DNA from: Macrostomum lignano
Lineage: Eukaryota
Direction of reading: 5' to 3'
DNA: 64,000 nucleotides
Assembly: GCA_002269645.1 (NCBI GenBank)
Contig: NIVC01000678.1
Location: 12,725 to 76,724, forward strand
Positions 1 through 18,424 of this stretch are shown here, piece by piece (within the stretch, counting starts at the first letter, position 1; each line of letters opens with the position of its first letter). The notes below the pieces were generated by a model. That model was not told the DNA's origin, ran no database searches, and saw only the letters and a program-made list of their open reading frames with translations. A program made the translations under genes and the position numbers.

Positions 1-399
1 GGAGGACATTTAAAATTTAAAGTACTTTTAAGAGAAACTTAAAATTTCCATGGTGTGCCTAATTTATTAGGGTTGTATTGCATTGCATCGCCTTTTCATA
101 AATCTTTCACTTTTACAAACCATGCCAGATTGCCTTGATTTGCCAATTGCCATCCTCTGTTAAACTGCTGCAGAGTTTGCCAATATAGAGGTGAGGGCAG
201 TGGTTAGAATTTCTCACTAAACTGTTGTGGCTAAACGTAGCCTCCACGGGGGTGCAAAGAAGGATATAAAGAAAGCTATTCCAAAACACTGTACATTTGC
301 TATGTACATTGAGTCCCATTGCCTGACCCTTGGTCTGGCTCTGGGGGAATGAGTGAGTGAGTGGCACAAACAACAGAAAAAGCAGACAAACTTCACATG

Positions 400-995
400 C
401 TTACAGTTTCTGTTCTGATTGGGTTACAGAGTTGAAACTTTACATGTAAGCAGAGAATGAGTCAATGAAAAATTGTGTCAAGTTTGAAGTCAATCGCTTT
501 ACGTGAAGCAAACTTATGGCAGCTGAAAGTTAGTCAATTTTGAAACCCCTTTTACACATCTAGGCCCAGTTCAAGAAAGAGAGGCAGGCGGGCAGAGGTT
601 GGGGTGGTTGCTACGCTGAAAAAAACAGCCTAACTTAGAAAGTGCACAGCGCCGTTCAGAATTGACTTTGAGACTCAAAATTTTACATGATCGTGCCAAA
701 ATAGTTGAAGATTGTCTGTGTCAAATTTGAAGAGAATCGGTAGAAGTAGAGTGGCGCTATGGAGGATTTAGTGAAAAAATCGCGCATTTTGAGCAGTTTT
801 TTGTACTTTTAGGTAGGAAGACTCAAATTTAGGAAATTAAAAGGTAGCCTAAGACATTCTCTGTAGTAAGTTTAGGGTGGGTGTAAAGTTTGGTGTCATT
901 TGGTTGAGCGGTTTGGGAGTCCATAGCGAAGTAATTTGTCCACAGACAGACAGACAGACAGACAGACAGAGTTTTGATTTTTATATGTATAGATT
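400..995 (+). mobile_element. Probable non-autonomous Helitron/Helentron-associated (DINE-1/HINE-like) element with internal (ACAG)n
   Basis: Three variants of a TGTGTCAA(G/A)TTTG..AATCG-like motif (~474, ~716, ~882), then (ACAG)7 at 942-970 and a TTTTATATGTATAGAT end. This layout resembles microsatellite-carrying rolling-circle derivatives. Boundaries approximate. Confidence 0.4.
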
Positions 996-3155
996 CTTTT
1001 GAGCATTTGAGTTCATATCTCTCTAAAGCCTAGGTATTCTATTTAAAAGAATTTGAAACAAAATTAATAATTAGCTTCAATGGTAATGCTTATTTTCATG
1101 TTACCTTTTGAGTAATTGATACTTATATAAGAATAGGCCTAACCCTAAAGAGAATAAACTATTTAGAATTAAGATATTTACTTTAGAATCTAGTAAATTG
1201 CTTAAAGGGCAGAATTTCTACCAAAGGGCCACACTCCAGATCATGTAGTATATGCCAAAAAATTTGGGTATGCATTGGCCTTGCATACCAAAAGTTGGCA
1301 TACACAGTTGGTGTGTGGGACTCCCAAGAAAAAAGTATGCATATACACCTTATGTATATTAGATAGAATCAAGCAAAAAGAGTTAGTGTTACTTGTAAAT
1401 AGAAAAAAATCATTTAAAAAAGTTTGCTTTTATCCAGGGATATATATTTAAAAATCAGAATACTTGTATAATAGTATTTTGCATTGTCTACTTTGCAGTG
1501 TCTACTTTTACCTGAGATAAATCTTAGAACATTAACTTATTTATGTACTTTGCTTTACAAGCATTGCTATTTTATGTTGATTAATAATTATCAATATTAT
1601 ACTTATATGATTGTAATCTTATCTTAAAAGCTAATCTATAGAAATTTGCTCTAAGTATCCATAAAATAATCCAAATATATTAAATCTCTAATATTTGTAT
1701 GCTTGTCCATAATGCTTTAGAGCTTGCAATTCTTCACCAATTTTGATCACGTTTTCGCCAAAAGATAATTTACTAAATTCATAGACAAGAATATCTAGAT
1801 AAATATTTATAAATAGACAAAATGCTTGGTTAGGTCTATAGTGGCTTATAATATACCTTACTAGATAAGTTGTTAACATTTAAGTTTGGCAAATAAGCTT
1901 ACTTATATATCTTTTGGCAGACAATAATAGACAATGCAACAAAAAGCTATGTATATATATTTATATGCAATACCTCATCAACCTGGCCTATGGCTATTCT
2001 AGCTAAATTAAAGGCTATTAGCCAAGGTAAATTTTTAATTTGATTATTCCAAAAGTTTAAAGGCAATAAAGATGACAGAGAACCAATGCAAAAAAGATAA
2101 AAGAGAAAGAAAAAAAATTCAAAAAAAGATAATAGAAAAAGAGAAAAACCTAAAATTGACTTTTAAAATGAACTAAAGTTGCATAGCAAGTCTAAACTAT
2201 AGAATTTGCATGTGTATAGATAGGCATATACATGTAGGCATATGATATTTTCATGAGTGATTTAACCAAATACAATTTGTTATGTGGCTAAGATAAAATT
2301 GTTTTGAGACTAGAGACATGGCAGCCATATTATAGTAGCTTGTATCAAATATTGTAAAAGAGTAATTATGTTATGAAAAAAATTAAGAGTGAGGAACAAT
2401 AGGATGGATTGGAATTATATTACTCAAATTATATTAAAGAAACATCTATTGGTAAGCTAGGCTTATCTAAAAAGTAAAAGATGTAAACAAATTATTGAAA
2501 AAGTAAATTTTGATTTAAGACTTTTATTTTTTTATCAACTATAATGATAAATTGTCAATTTGTATTGTGAGTTGCCAAATTTTAACTTACTAGATCAGTC
2601 AGCAGTTGTATAAATATATGCCTCACTTTTATAGCCCCTAAGAGATCAATACTATTAGGTCAAATAAAGGTCTCAAATACAAAAAAATTGTTTGCTTTTA
2701 CTAATAAAGTAAATAGATTTAAAACTTACTAAACTATTGCTCTATTTAGTTAAATGTAATGTCAAAAGTTCACATTTATACTTTATTTTAAAAAGACAAT
2801 ATTTAGCTACAAAAGTTTTTGTAGGGAGTATTGCAAAAAGTGATTCTATTCATATCTTTTGTATTTCAGTTGAGGCATGGGTTTATTGCACTTAAATTTG
2901 GAGCGCGAGCTTCAAGTTATTGATGGGCTGATAGCTAGTCTAAATATTTCGCAGGTAAGCATTCCAATTGTATGGATTATACAACTATAGGTTTTTCTAG
3001 GGGACAGGATTTTTGTGAGCATAAAAACCAATAAATATGACTTGTCAGCTCAGCTTGTTAAAGAGAGTAGATTTTAGTCGATAAAAAAGGTCCCGACTGC
3101 AATGGTTAAAAGTTTCTGACTGATTCTCCTGTCTCGCAACTCGACCAGTCTGCAA

Positions 3156-3953
3156 TCAGAACACCTGCTGGCACTCGCAGATGAAAGCTATGGTCGAATC
3201 GCAAGCAAAGTCGTCAATTCCATTTGTAAACCCGCTAAACAGAGCCGTGCAGGCCTGGTCTGGGAATCCATTGTCCGGCTGTCCTTTACCTTTGTCCCAC
3301 ACGTGCTGGCTGATTGACAGGTTGCAGTCTGCCCAACGCCAGCCGTCAAGTTTTATGGTGTTGGCCGAAGCCTGACTGCCGCCCAGGTAGTAGTCCAATG
3401 CCCCCATCTCAGGAGTTGTCAGGCTTAGATTTGTCAGTCGCATTAGATAGGCCGCTTCGTCAGTATCGATTGCGTCAGCCAACTTGGTTAAGCCCGGATC
3501 TAAATTGCAATGCAGATGAGCATTCGCCCAGGTGGCTGGCGATTTGCTCACCAGCTTGTAGGCGGTGCCGTGCAGAGTGTGCTCGTATCCGGGCGGACAC
3601 AGGCGACCCGGAGGTAGGCCGGGTAGAGACCTCACATACACAGTCACCTGACGAGTGCAGCTCGGCACAGACTGCACCCGGTGACTGCACGCATCGAACA
3701 GGAACAGCTTGCACTGACAGGCGCTATCAGTCAGCAGTCGGAAGGCCTGACACTTGTTCTTCCTAGCGCAGGCGATGCTGCACTCTAGCGGAGTGCACAG
3801 ACCCGGCACAGTCTGGGTGAAGCTGGCGTTCACGCAGTCCAGTCCAACAGTTTGATGGAATGCCCTCCTGTGCTGCTCGCTGCAGGACTCCGAAAGATTC
3901 ACCGCTGTGCTTAGCAGGTGCAGCAGAATCGTTCTGATGATGAAGAGCGACAT
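3156..3953 (-). CDS. Secreted PAN/Apple-like + C-type lectin domain protein, intronless, 265 aa
   Basis: Hydrophobic N-terminus. Apple-like Cys spacing (LECSIACARKNKCQAF..C.L). CTLD motifs CPPGY, TWANAHLHC, YYLGG, GWRWAD, GQPDNG..C, IDDFAC..FICE. Confidence 0.85.
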   Translation of the reverse strand: MSLFIIRTILLHLLSTAVNLSESCSEQHRRAFHQTVGLDCVNASFTQTVPGLCTPLECSIACARKNKCQAFRLLTDSACQCKLFLFDACSHRVQSVPSCTRQVTVYVRSLPGLPPGRLCPPGYEHTLHGTAYKLVSKSPATWANAHLHCNLDPGLTKLADAIDTDEAAYLMRLTNLSLTTPEMGALDYYLGGSQASANTIKLDGWRWADCNLSISQHVWDKGKGQPDNGFPDQACTALFSGFTNGIDDFACDSTIAFICECQQVF

Positions 3954-5671
3954 TTTAGTCAGAAGGGTGCAAAAATTTATCGGAGGCCGTGTGACTCTGT
4001 CTCGGCTTTTATTGACTGATTAATTTTACTCGATTTTTCCTGTAAAACTGAGTCAATACTTGACCGATGCAAAGCCTTCCACTAGCTATTGTCCTATTGT
4101 CGTCCAACTTGGTAATCATCTAACAATGAATTTTTCCATTAGCTAGCGCTTCTTTCATCGCAAACACAATAGACATGGCCTGTCGTCATTCTGCTTTTTA
4201 TTAAAAATTTTCCCCCGTCTTATCAATGAATAGCGATCCGTGACCGAATCCTGTCTAAAAAATTGCAATAAAATGTTGGATTATTTGCCAATCAACTTTT
4301 CAGTGCAACTGCTAGCTCGCTCAGATAATTGACACTGGCATTGTCTGTATCCCTACTGTCTGTATTTGAATTGGATCTTGCCAATGATTGACAGAGTCTG
4401 TTTAGAAAATTTTCCCTGTTCATGGAAAAAATATGGCTGTACTACTGACATCAATCAACAGGAGAAAATCTTGACTTTCGCTGCAGCAATAGTAGGATCT
4501 GCGGCTTGTAATGATAGTTGAGGCTGAGAATTTAGCACAGACTTGGACAAAAAGGGCTGGACGCGCAATCTGGGCCTGGTGAAATGTGGTGCTGGGGCAC
4601 TCACAAAACACTTCTATGTAGCAATATTATAATAGTATAGTACCTAATGATAGCGAATCTACAGAACAGGCGTAAGGACGCGCTAGCCTTTACTGATACG
4701 GTACGGTAGCACAGTCCTGGCAATTCCAAAGGAGGAACACAGAAAAGGCAGCGCTTACCGGTCAAGTCACGTGAATCTCATATATCGTATATCTTTTATC
4801 TCGGGAAAAATCTCTTACTCGTATGTTCTCTTCGAAGAGATTCGCACTAGTTCTCTTAGTTTTTATATAACTCAACTTGACTTTTCAAGCTAAAATCGGA
4901 CGAAAACCAGAGTTGACTCAAACCCCGCAGAGTCGGCCAACATGTACCCAAAAAAGAGAGCATAAAAGACAAAAAACACAACCAATCGGCGTGGCCCGCA
5001 GGGCAGAGCTGACCAGCCAGGGAAGGGCAGAGCCAATCAAAGCACACAAAGGGGTGGGGCCTAAAGCCCCCTGCCAGAGGACACGGCCCCCAACCCCCCA
5101 ACCAGTCGGTACTGGTCTGGAGCAGCCGGTCCCGACAAACAAACAAAACAAGCAGTGCGCCTGCACTACAAAAGAACTGTTTTCCCAAACCATAAATTAA
5201 CTGTTTAAGTCTCTGGTACATTGCTGCATAAATGGCATTGCTGGCATCACATTCAAAGGCAACAAAAAGATCTTCGGATCTGTAGTAGTGATTCAAAGAA
5301 TACAAATTACAAACGGTTGCTACACAATTTGACACATCAATTTTAATCTTTAACAGATCCTTGGAATTTCTTCAGTCAGAGGCTGGCAAAATTCTGTTTG
5401 AAAGGGCAGCGTCAGACATAGCCAGATACTCGTAAAATGAGCGACTTCTGCAAAGCCGACATGAAAGACCAAATGTTCCAAAGCCAAGCGACATGTTTTA
5501 TATAATAATGGATCACAAGTGTACTTCCATTAAGTTTGTTAGTTTGCAACCAGCAATCTGTTAGGCCCATTCCGTTCGTACTTCTGAGCCACGTGGCTTC
5601 TGAGGGTGTACAGCAGCTCTGACTTTCTTTTCGTTGGGCATGCACGCTGTCTTTAGATAGCTAGCTCGTAG

Positions 5672-13586
<7,915 letters not shown>

Positions 13587-13749
13587 GGATAATTTTCCCC
13601 TTTTAACTGATTATTAATATTACTTTCATTGTGATTATCGAATGGGATTATAATCGCATTTATTTTAGAAATGCACTTATCGAATGTAAATAATATATTC
13701 ATTGGGATTTTTGGCTATTTGATTAAATAAAATAGGGTATTGTGAAGAT

Positions 13750-14230
13750 TTTTGGGATCTTTATCCTCAATAGTGATTATGGGATCTTTATCCTCAATAA
13801 TTGTTATGTGATCTTTATCCTCAATAATTGTTATGTGATCTTTATCCTCAATAATTGTTATGTGATCTTTATCCTCAATAGTGATTATGGGATATTTATC
13901 CTCAAAATTTTTATGGGATCTTTATCCTCAATAGTTATTATGGGATCTTTATCCTCAATAGTTATTATGGGATCTTTATCCTCAATAGTGATTATGGGAT
14001 CTTTTTCCTCAATAATTATATAGATATTTATCCTCAAAATTTTTATGGGATCTTTATCCTCAATAGTTATTATGGGATATTTATCCTCAATAATTATTAT
14101 GGTATCTTTATCCTCAATAGTGATTATGGGATATTTATCCTCAATAATTGTTATGGTATCTTTATCCTCAATAGTGATTATGGGATATTTATCCTCAAAT
14201 AATTGTTATGGGATCTTTATCCTCAATAAT
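13750..14230 (+). repeat. 27-bp intergenic minisatellite TTTATCCTCAATAGTTATTATGGGATC
   Basis: Direct reading; lies between the helical-protein gene and SLC25A26. Confidence 0.93.
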
Positions 14231-14417
14231 TTTCAATAAGTACAAACGTGACTTGCATAACTACTGTTCTGTTTATAGATTGCAACTCGCCATTACTCTT
14301 GTATTCAGTGTCACGTGATGGCATTTTGTTTGCTCAATTACACAGCTCTGCATTGCATACCCCAAATGCATTTTGTAGACTTCAGACCTCCGAAGTTTTT
14401 GGTAAATTTTTTTAGAA

Positions 14418-17400
14418 ATGTCAAAGCAGTTGGTCTCAGAGTTTGTCATTTGATATATCAGACTGTCTGCATTAAATAGTGTCGTTTTTCTGAGGGTGGG
14501 GTTTGTGAGGGTATCTCACTGATGCTGGATTATTTCTAATGGAGTTACTTATTGTCTGTACTAATTGTCCAGTCTGATCCAGTCTGTTCTGTGTGTCCTG
14601 TCTGATCCAGTCTGTTCTGTGTGTCCTGTCTGATCCAGTCTGGTCTGTGTGTCCTGTCTGATCCAGTCTGATCTGTGTGTCCTGTCTGATCCAGTCTGGT
14701 CTGTGTGTCCTGTCTGATCCAGTCTGATCTGTGTGTCCTGTCTGATCCAGTCTGGTCTGTGTGTCCTGTCTGATCCAGTCTGGTCTGTGTGTCCTGTCTG
14801 ATCCAGTCTGATCTGTGTGTCCTGTCTGATCCAGTCTGGTCTGTGTGTCCTGTCTGATCCAGTCTGTTCTGTGTGTCCTGTCTGATCCAGTCTGGTCTGT
14901 GTGTCCTGTCTGATCCAGTCTGTTCTGTGTGTCCTGTCTGATCCAGTCTGGTCTGTGTGTCCTGTCTAATCCAGTCCTTGTCTCTGCCACCCTGTCTGTG
15001 TGTCCTGTCTGATCCAGTCTGGTCTGTGTGTCCTGTCTGATCCAGTCTGGTCTGTGTGTCCTGTCTGATCCAGTCTGTTCTGTGTGTCCTGTCTGATCCA
15101 GTCTGGTCTGTGTGTCCTGTCTGATCCAGTCTGGTCTGTGTGTCCTGTCTGATCCAGTCTGGTCTGTGTGTCCTGTCTAATCCAGTCTGATCTGTGTGTC
15201 CTGTCTGATCCAGTCTGGTCTGTGTGTCCTGTCTGATCCAGTCTGGTCTGTGTGTCCTGTCTGATCCAGTCTGTTCTGTGTGTCCTGTCTGATCCAGTCT
15301 GGTCTGTGTGTCCTGTCTGATCCAGTCTGATCTGTGTGTCCTGTCTGATCCAGTCTGATCTGTGTCCTGTCTGATCCAGTCTGGTCTGTGTGTCCTGTCT
15401 GATCCAGTCTGGTCTGTGTGTCCTGTCTGATCCAGTCTGGTCTGTGTGTCCTGTCTGATCCAGTCTGGTCTGTGTGTCCTGTCTGATCCAGTCTGGTCTG
15501 TGTGTCCTGTCTGATCCAGTCTGGTCTGTGTGTCCTGTCTGATCCAGTCTGGTCTGTGTGTCCTGTCTGATCCAGTCTGGTCTGTGTGTCCTGTCTGATC
15601 CAGTCTGGTCTGTGTGTCCTGTCTGATCCAGTCTGTTCTGTGTGTCCTGTCTGATCCAGTCTGGTCTGTGTGTCCTGTCTGATCCAGTCTGTTCTGTGTG
15701 TCCCGTCTGATCCAGTCTGGTCTGTGTGTCCTGTCTGATCCAGTCTGGTCTGTGTGTCCTGTCTGATCCAGTCTGTTCTGTGTGTCCTGTCTGATCAAGT
15801 CTGGTCTGTGTGTCCTGTCTGATCCAGTCTGGTCTGTGTGTCCTGTCTGATCCAGTCTGGTCTGTGTGTCCTGTCTGATCCAGTCTGGTCTGTGTGTCCT
15901 GTCTGATCCAGTCTGTTCTGTGTGTCCTGTCTGATTCAGTCTGGTCTGTGTGTCCTGTCTGATCCAGTCTGGTCTGTGTGTCCTGTCTGATCCAGTCTGG
16001 TCTGTGTGTCCTGTCTGATCCAGTCTGTTCTGTGTGTCCCGTCTGATCCAGTCTGGTCTGTGTGTCCTGTCTGATCCAGTCTGGTCTGTGTGTCCTGTCT
16101 GATCCAGTCTGTTCTGTGTGTCCTGTCTGATAAAGTCTGGTCTGTGTGTCCTGTCTGATCCAGTCTGGTCTGTGTGTCCTGTCTGATCCAGTCTGGTCTG
16201 TGTGTCCTGTCTGATCCAGTCTGGTCTGTGTGTCCTGTCTGATCCAGTCTGTTCTGTGTGTCCCGTCTGATCCAGTCTGGTCTGTGTGTCCTGTCTGATC
16301 CAGTCTGGTCTGTGTGTCCTGTCTGATCCAGTCTGGTCTGTGTGTCCTGTCTAATCCAGTCCTTGTCTCTGCCACCCTGTCTGTGTGTCCTGTCTGATCC
16401 AGTCTGGTCTGTGTGTCCTGTCTAATCCAGTCCTTGTCTCTGCCACCCTGTCTGGTCTCTATCTCTATCCAGGTCTGGTTCGTTAATATTTTTCCTACTA
16501 CAATATGTTCTGCCCAGAAAAGAACAACCAACAGCTGATAGGGAATGCAGCTCAGACTCCTGATCCAGACTCTCCTCCCCATCAATTCCCCATCAAAATC
16601 TCCCGCACCAGGAGGCCCTGCTGAGCGGCGCCGCAGCGGGCCTGCTAGTGGACCTGTCCCTGTACCCGCTGGACACCCTGAAGACCCGCGCCCAGTCCAG
16701 CGCCGGCTTCTGGTCCTCGGGCGGCCTGCGCGGCCTCTTCCAGGGCGTCTCCGTTGTCTCCCTGCTGTCCATGCCGGGCGCCGCCGTCTTCTTCGTCACC
16801 TACGACACTGGCAAGCGGCGCCGACTGCCTCTGCCGGTCGCCGCTTGCCTCGGCGAAGCCGCCGCCTGCCTCGTCCGCGTGCCCTGCGAGGTGGTGAAGC
16901 AGCGCGCCCAGATCGACCGGCTGGGCCGTCGGCCCTACCGGATCTTCGCCGACTGCCTTCGCGAGGAGGGCCCGGCGGGACTCTACCGAGGCTTTCGCAG
17001 CACCATCATCCGCGAGCTGCCCTTCGCCAGCCTGCAGTTCCCGCTGTGGGAGGCCTTGAAGGCTCTGGCCGGGCCGGGCTGGGCCGACAAGCCCGCCACC
17101 TCCGCCGCCTCCGGGTTCGCCGCTGGCGGGCTGGCCGCCTTCCTCACCACCCCGCTGGACGTGGCCAAGACTAGGATTATGTTGGCGTCCAGGTGAGCAC
17201 TGCGGGTCGAGACCTTAGTGTCCCATAGATTGGCTGAATTCCCACGTAGGCTAAATGAATTCCCCCCAGTAGGCTGACAGAATTCCCCCTGTAGGCTGAA
17301 TGAATTCTCCACAGTCTGATTGAATTCCTCCAGTAGGCTGACTGAATTCCCCCTGCTGGCTGGCTAAATTCCCGCCAGTAGGCTGACAGAATTCCCCCTG

Positions 17401-17905
17401 TAAACTGAATGAATTCTCCACAGTCTGATTGAATTCCTCCAGTAGGCTGACTGAATTCCCTCAGTGGGCTGGCTGAATTCCCCCCCCCCGTAGGCTGACT
17501 GAATTACCCCAGTAGGCTGACTGAATTCCCTCAGTGGGCTGGCTGAATTCCCCCCCGTAGGCTGACGAAATTCCCTCTGTAGGCAGGCTGAATTGCCCGC
17601 AGTCTGATTGAATTCCCCTCAGCTTAAACGAATTCCCCATGCTCCATCTGAATTCCCTACAACCCAGTGTACAGCAAGCAATTTAACACAGAGGAACCTC
17701 TTCCTCAACTCCTGTCATTTGAAGCCACGACCGCCTGGCCTCCGGCAGCGTGCTGGCCGCCCTGTCCGCGGTGCACTCGGAGCGCGGCCTGCCGGGCCTG
17801 TTCGCCGGGGCGGCGCCGCGAACGGCCATGATTGCCATCGGCGGCGCCGTGTTTCTTGGCGTCTACGACACCGTGAGACTCCTGCTGAGCAGGCTGGCCA
17901 GTTAG
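14418..17905 (+). CDS. SLC25A26: Mitochondrial S-adenosylmethionine carrier (SLC25 family)
   Basis: Exons 14418-14432 (MSKQL, tentative), 16612-17192, 17725-17905. Carrier signatures YPLDTLKTR, VPCEVVKQR, TPLDVAKTRIM and the SAMC-like tail GGAVFLGVYD. Confidence 0.9.
14565..16450 (+). repeat. 28-bp intronic minisatellite TCTGTGTGTCCTGTCTGATCCAGTCTGG (~1.9 kb)
   Basis: Direct reading. The 28-nt period explains the long spurious minus-strand ORFs with a 28-aa repeat. Confidence 0.97.
17230..17640 (+). repeat. Degenerate intronic tandem repeat with CTGAATTCCCC..AGTAGG units
   Basis: Recurrent GAATTCCCC and GTAGGCTG in SLC25A26 intron 2. Confidence 0.85.
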
Positions 17906-18154
17906 TTACTGATAATGATCTGCATTTCCATCTTTGAATTTTATTGATTAATCTGAACGGCTCTACTTACAACTAGTATAATGATAGCTTGATTTTTGCA
18001 ACCTTTTAAATAAAATTGCCTCACTTCTCACTATTTTATTTGTACTTGTTGACTGCGTTGAATACTATTATGACTCGTTTTCGGTTGTGGATTATTGATT
18101 TTTTCCTTGTCAAGGCGGATAAGTTGACAATTGGTATTCCAATATTCATTCTGA

Positions 18155-18424
18155 GGGGGGAATCATGGTTTCAAACCCACGAGTCTCGCGGCCCCTGGTT
18201 CGACTCCTTGCGCGGCCACATTCATTTGGGGCTGATGTGCACGAAAATTGGCCGTGAGGGCAGGCCACCAAGGCACAGAGAGAGTGTACATGCCGGACAA
18301 TTAGACAGTCAGGGCCGCTGTACACCCGTGTGTACGCTGGTTGTGGGGCGTTGCGCCCGTTCCTGCAAACACATGACCGTATAATCGACCTTCGAATTCC
18401 AATACTTTGGGGGGAATCATGGTT
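18155..18424 (+). mobile_element. tRNA-like (B-box) SINE-type segment bounded by a 16-bp direct repeat
   Basis: GGGGGGAATCATGGTT at 18155-18170 and 18409-18424; internal GGTTCGACTCC B-box-like motif at ~18202. Confidence 0.45.

Noticed and set aside
4856-5335. Overlapping ORFs of 91-159 aa
   Set aside because: No motifs and mutually overlapping; explained by local GC richness.
14472-16585. 172-539 aa minus-strand repeat ORFs (DQTGHT..)
   Set aside because: Stop-free 28-bp minisatellite antisense to SLC25A26 intron 1; no non-repeat coding context.
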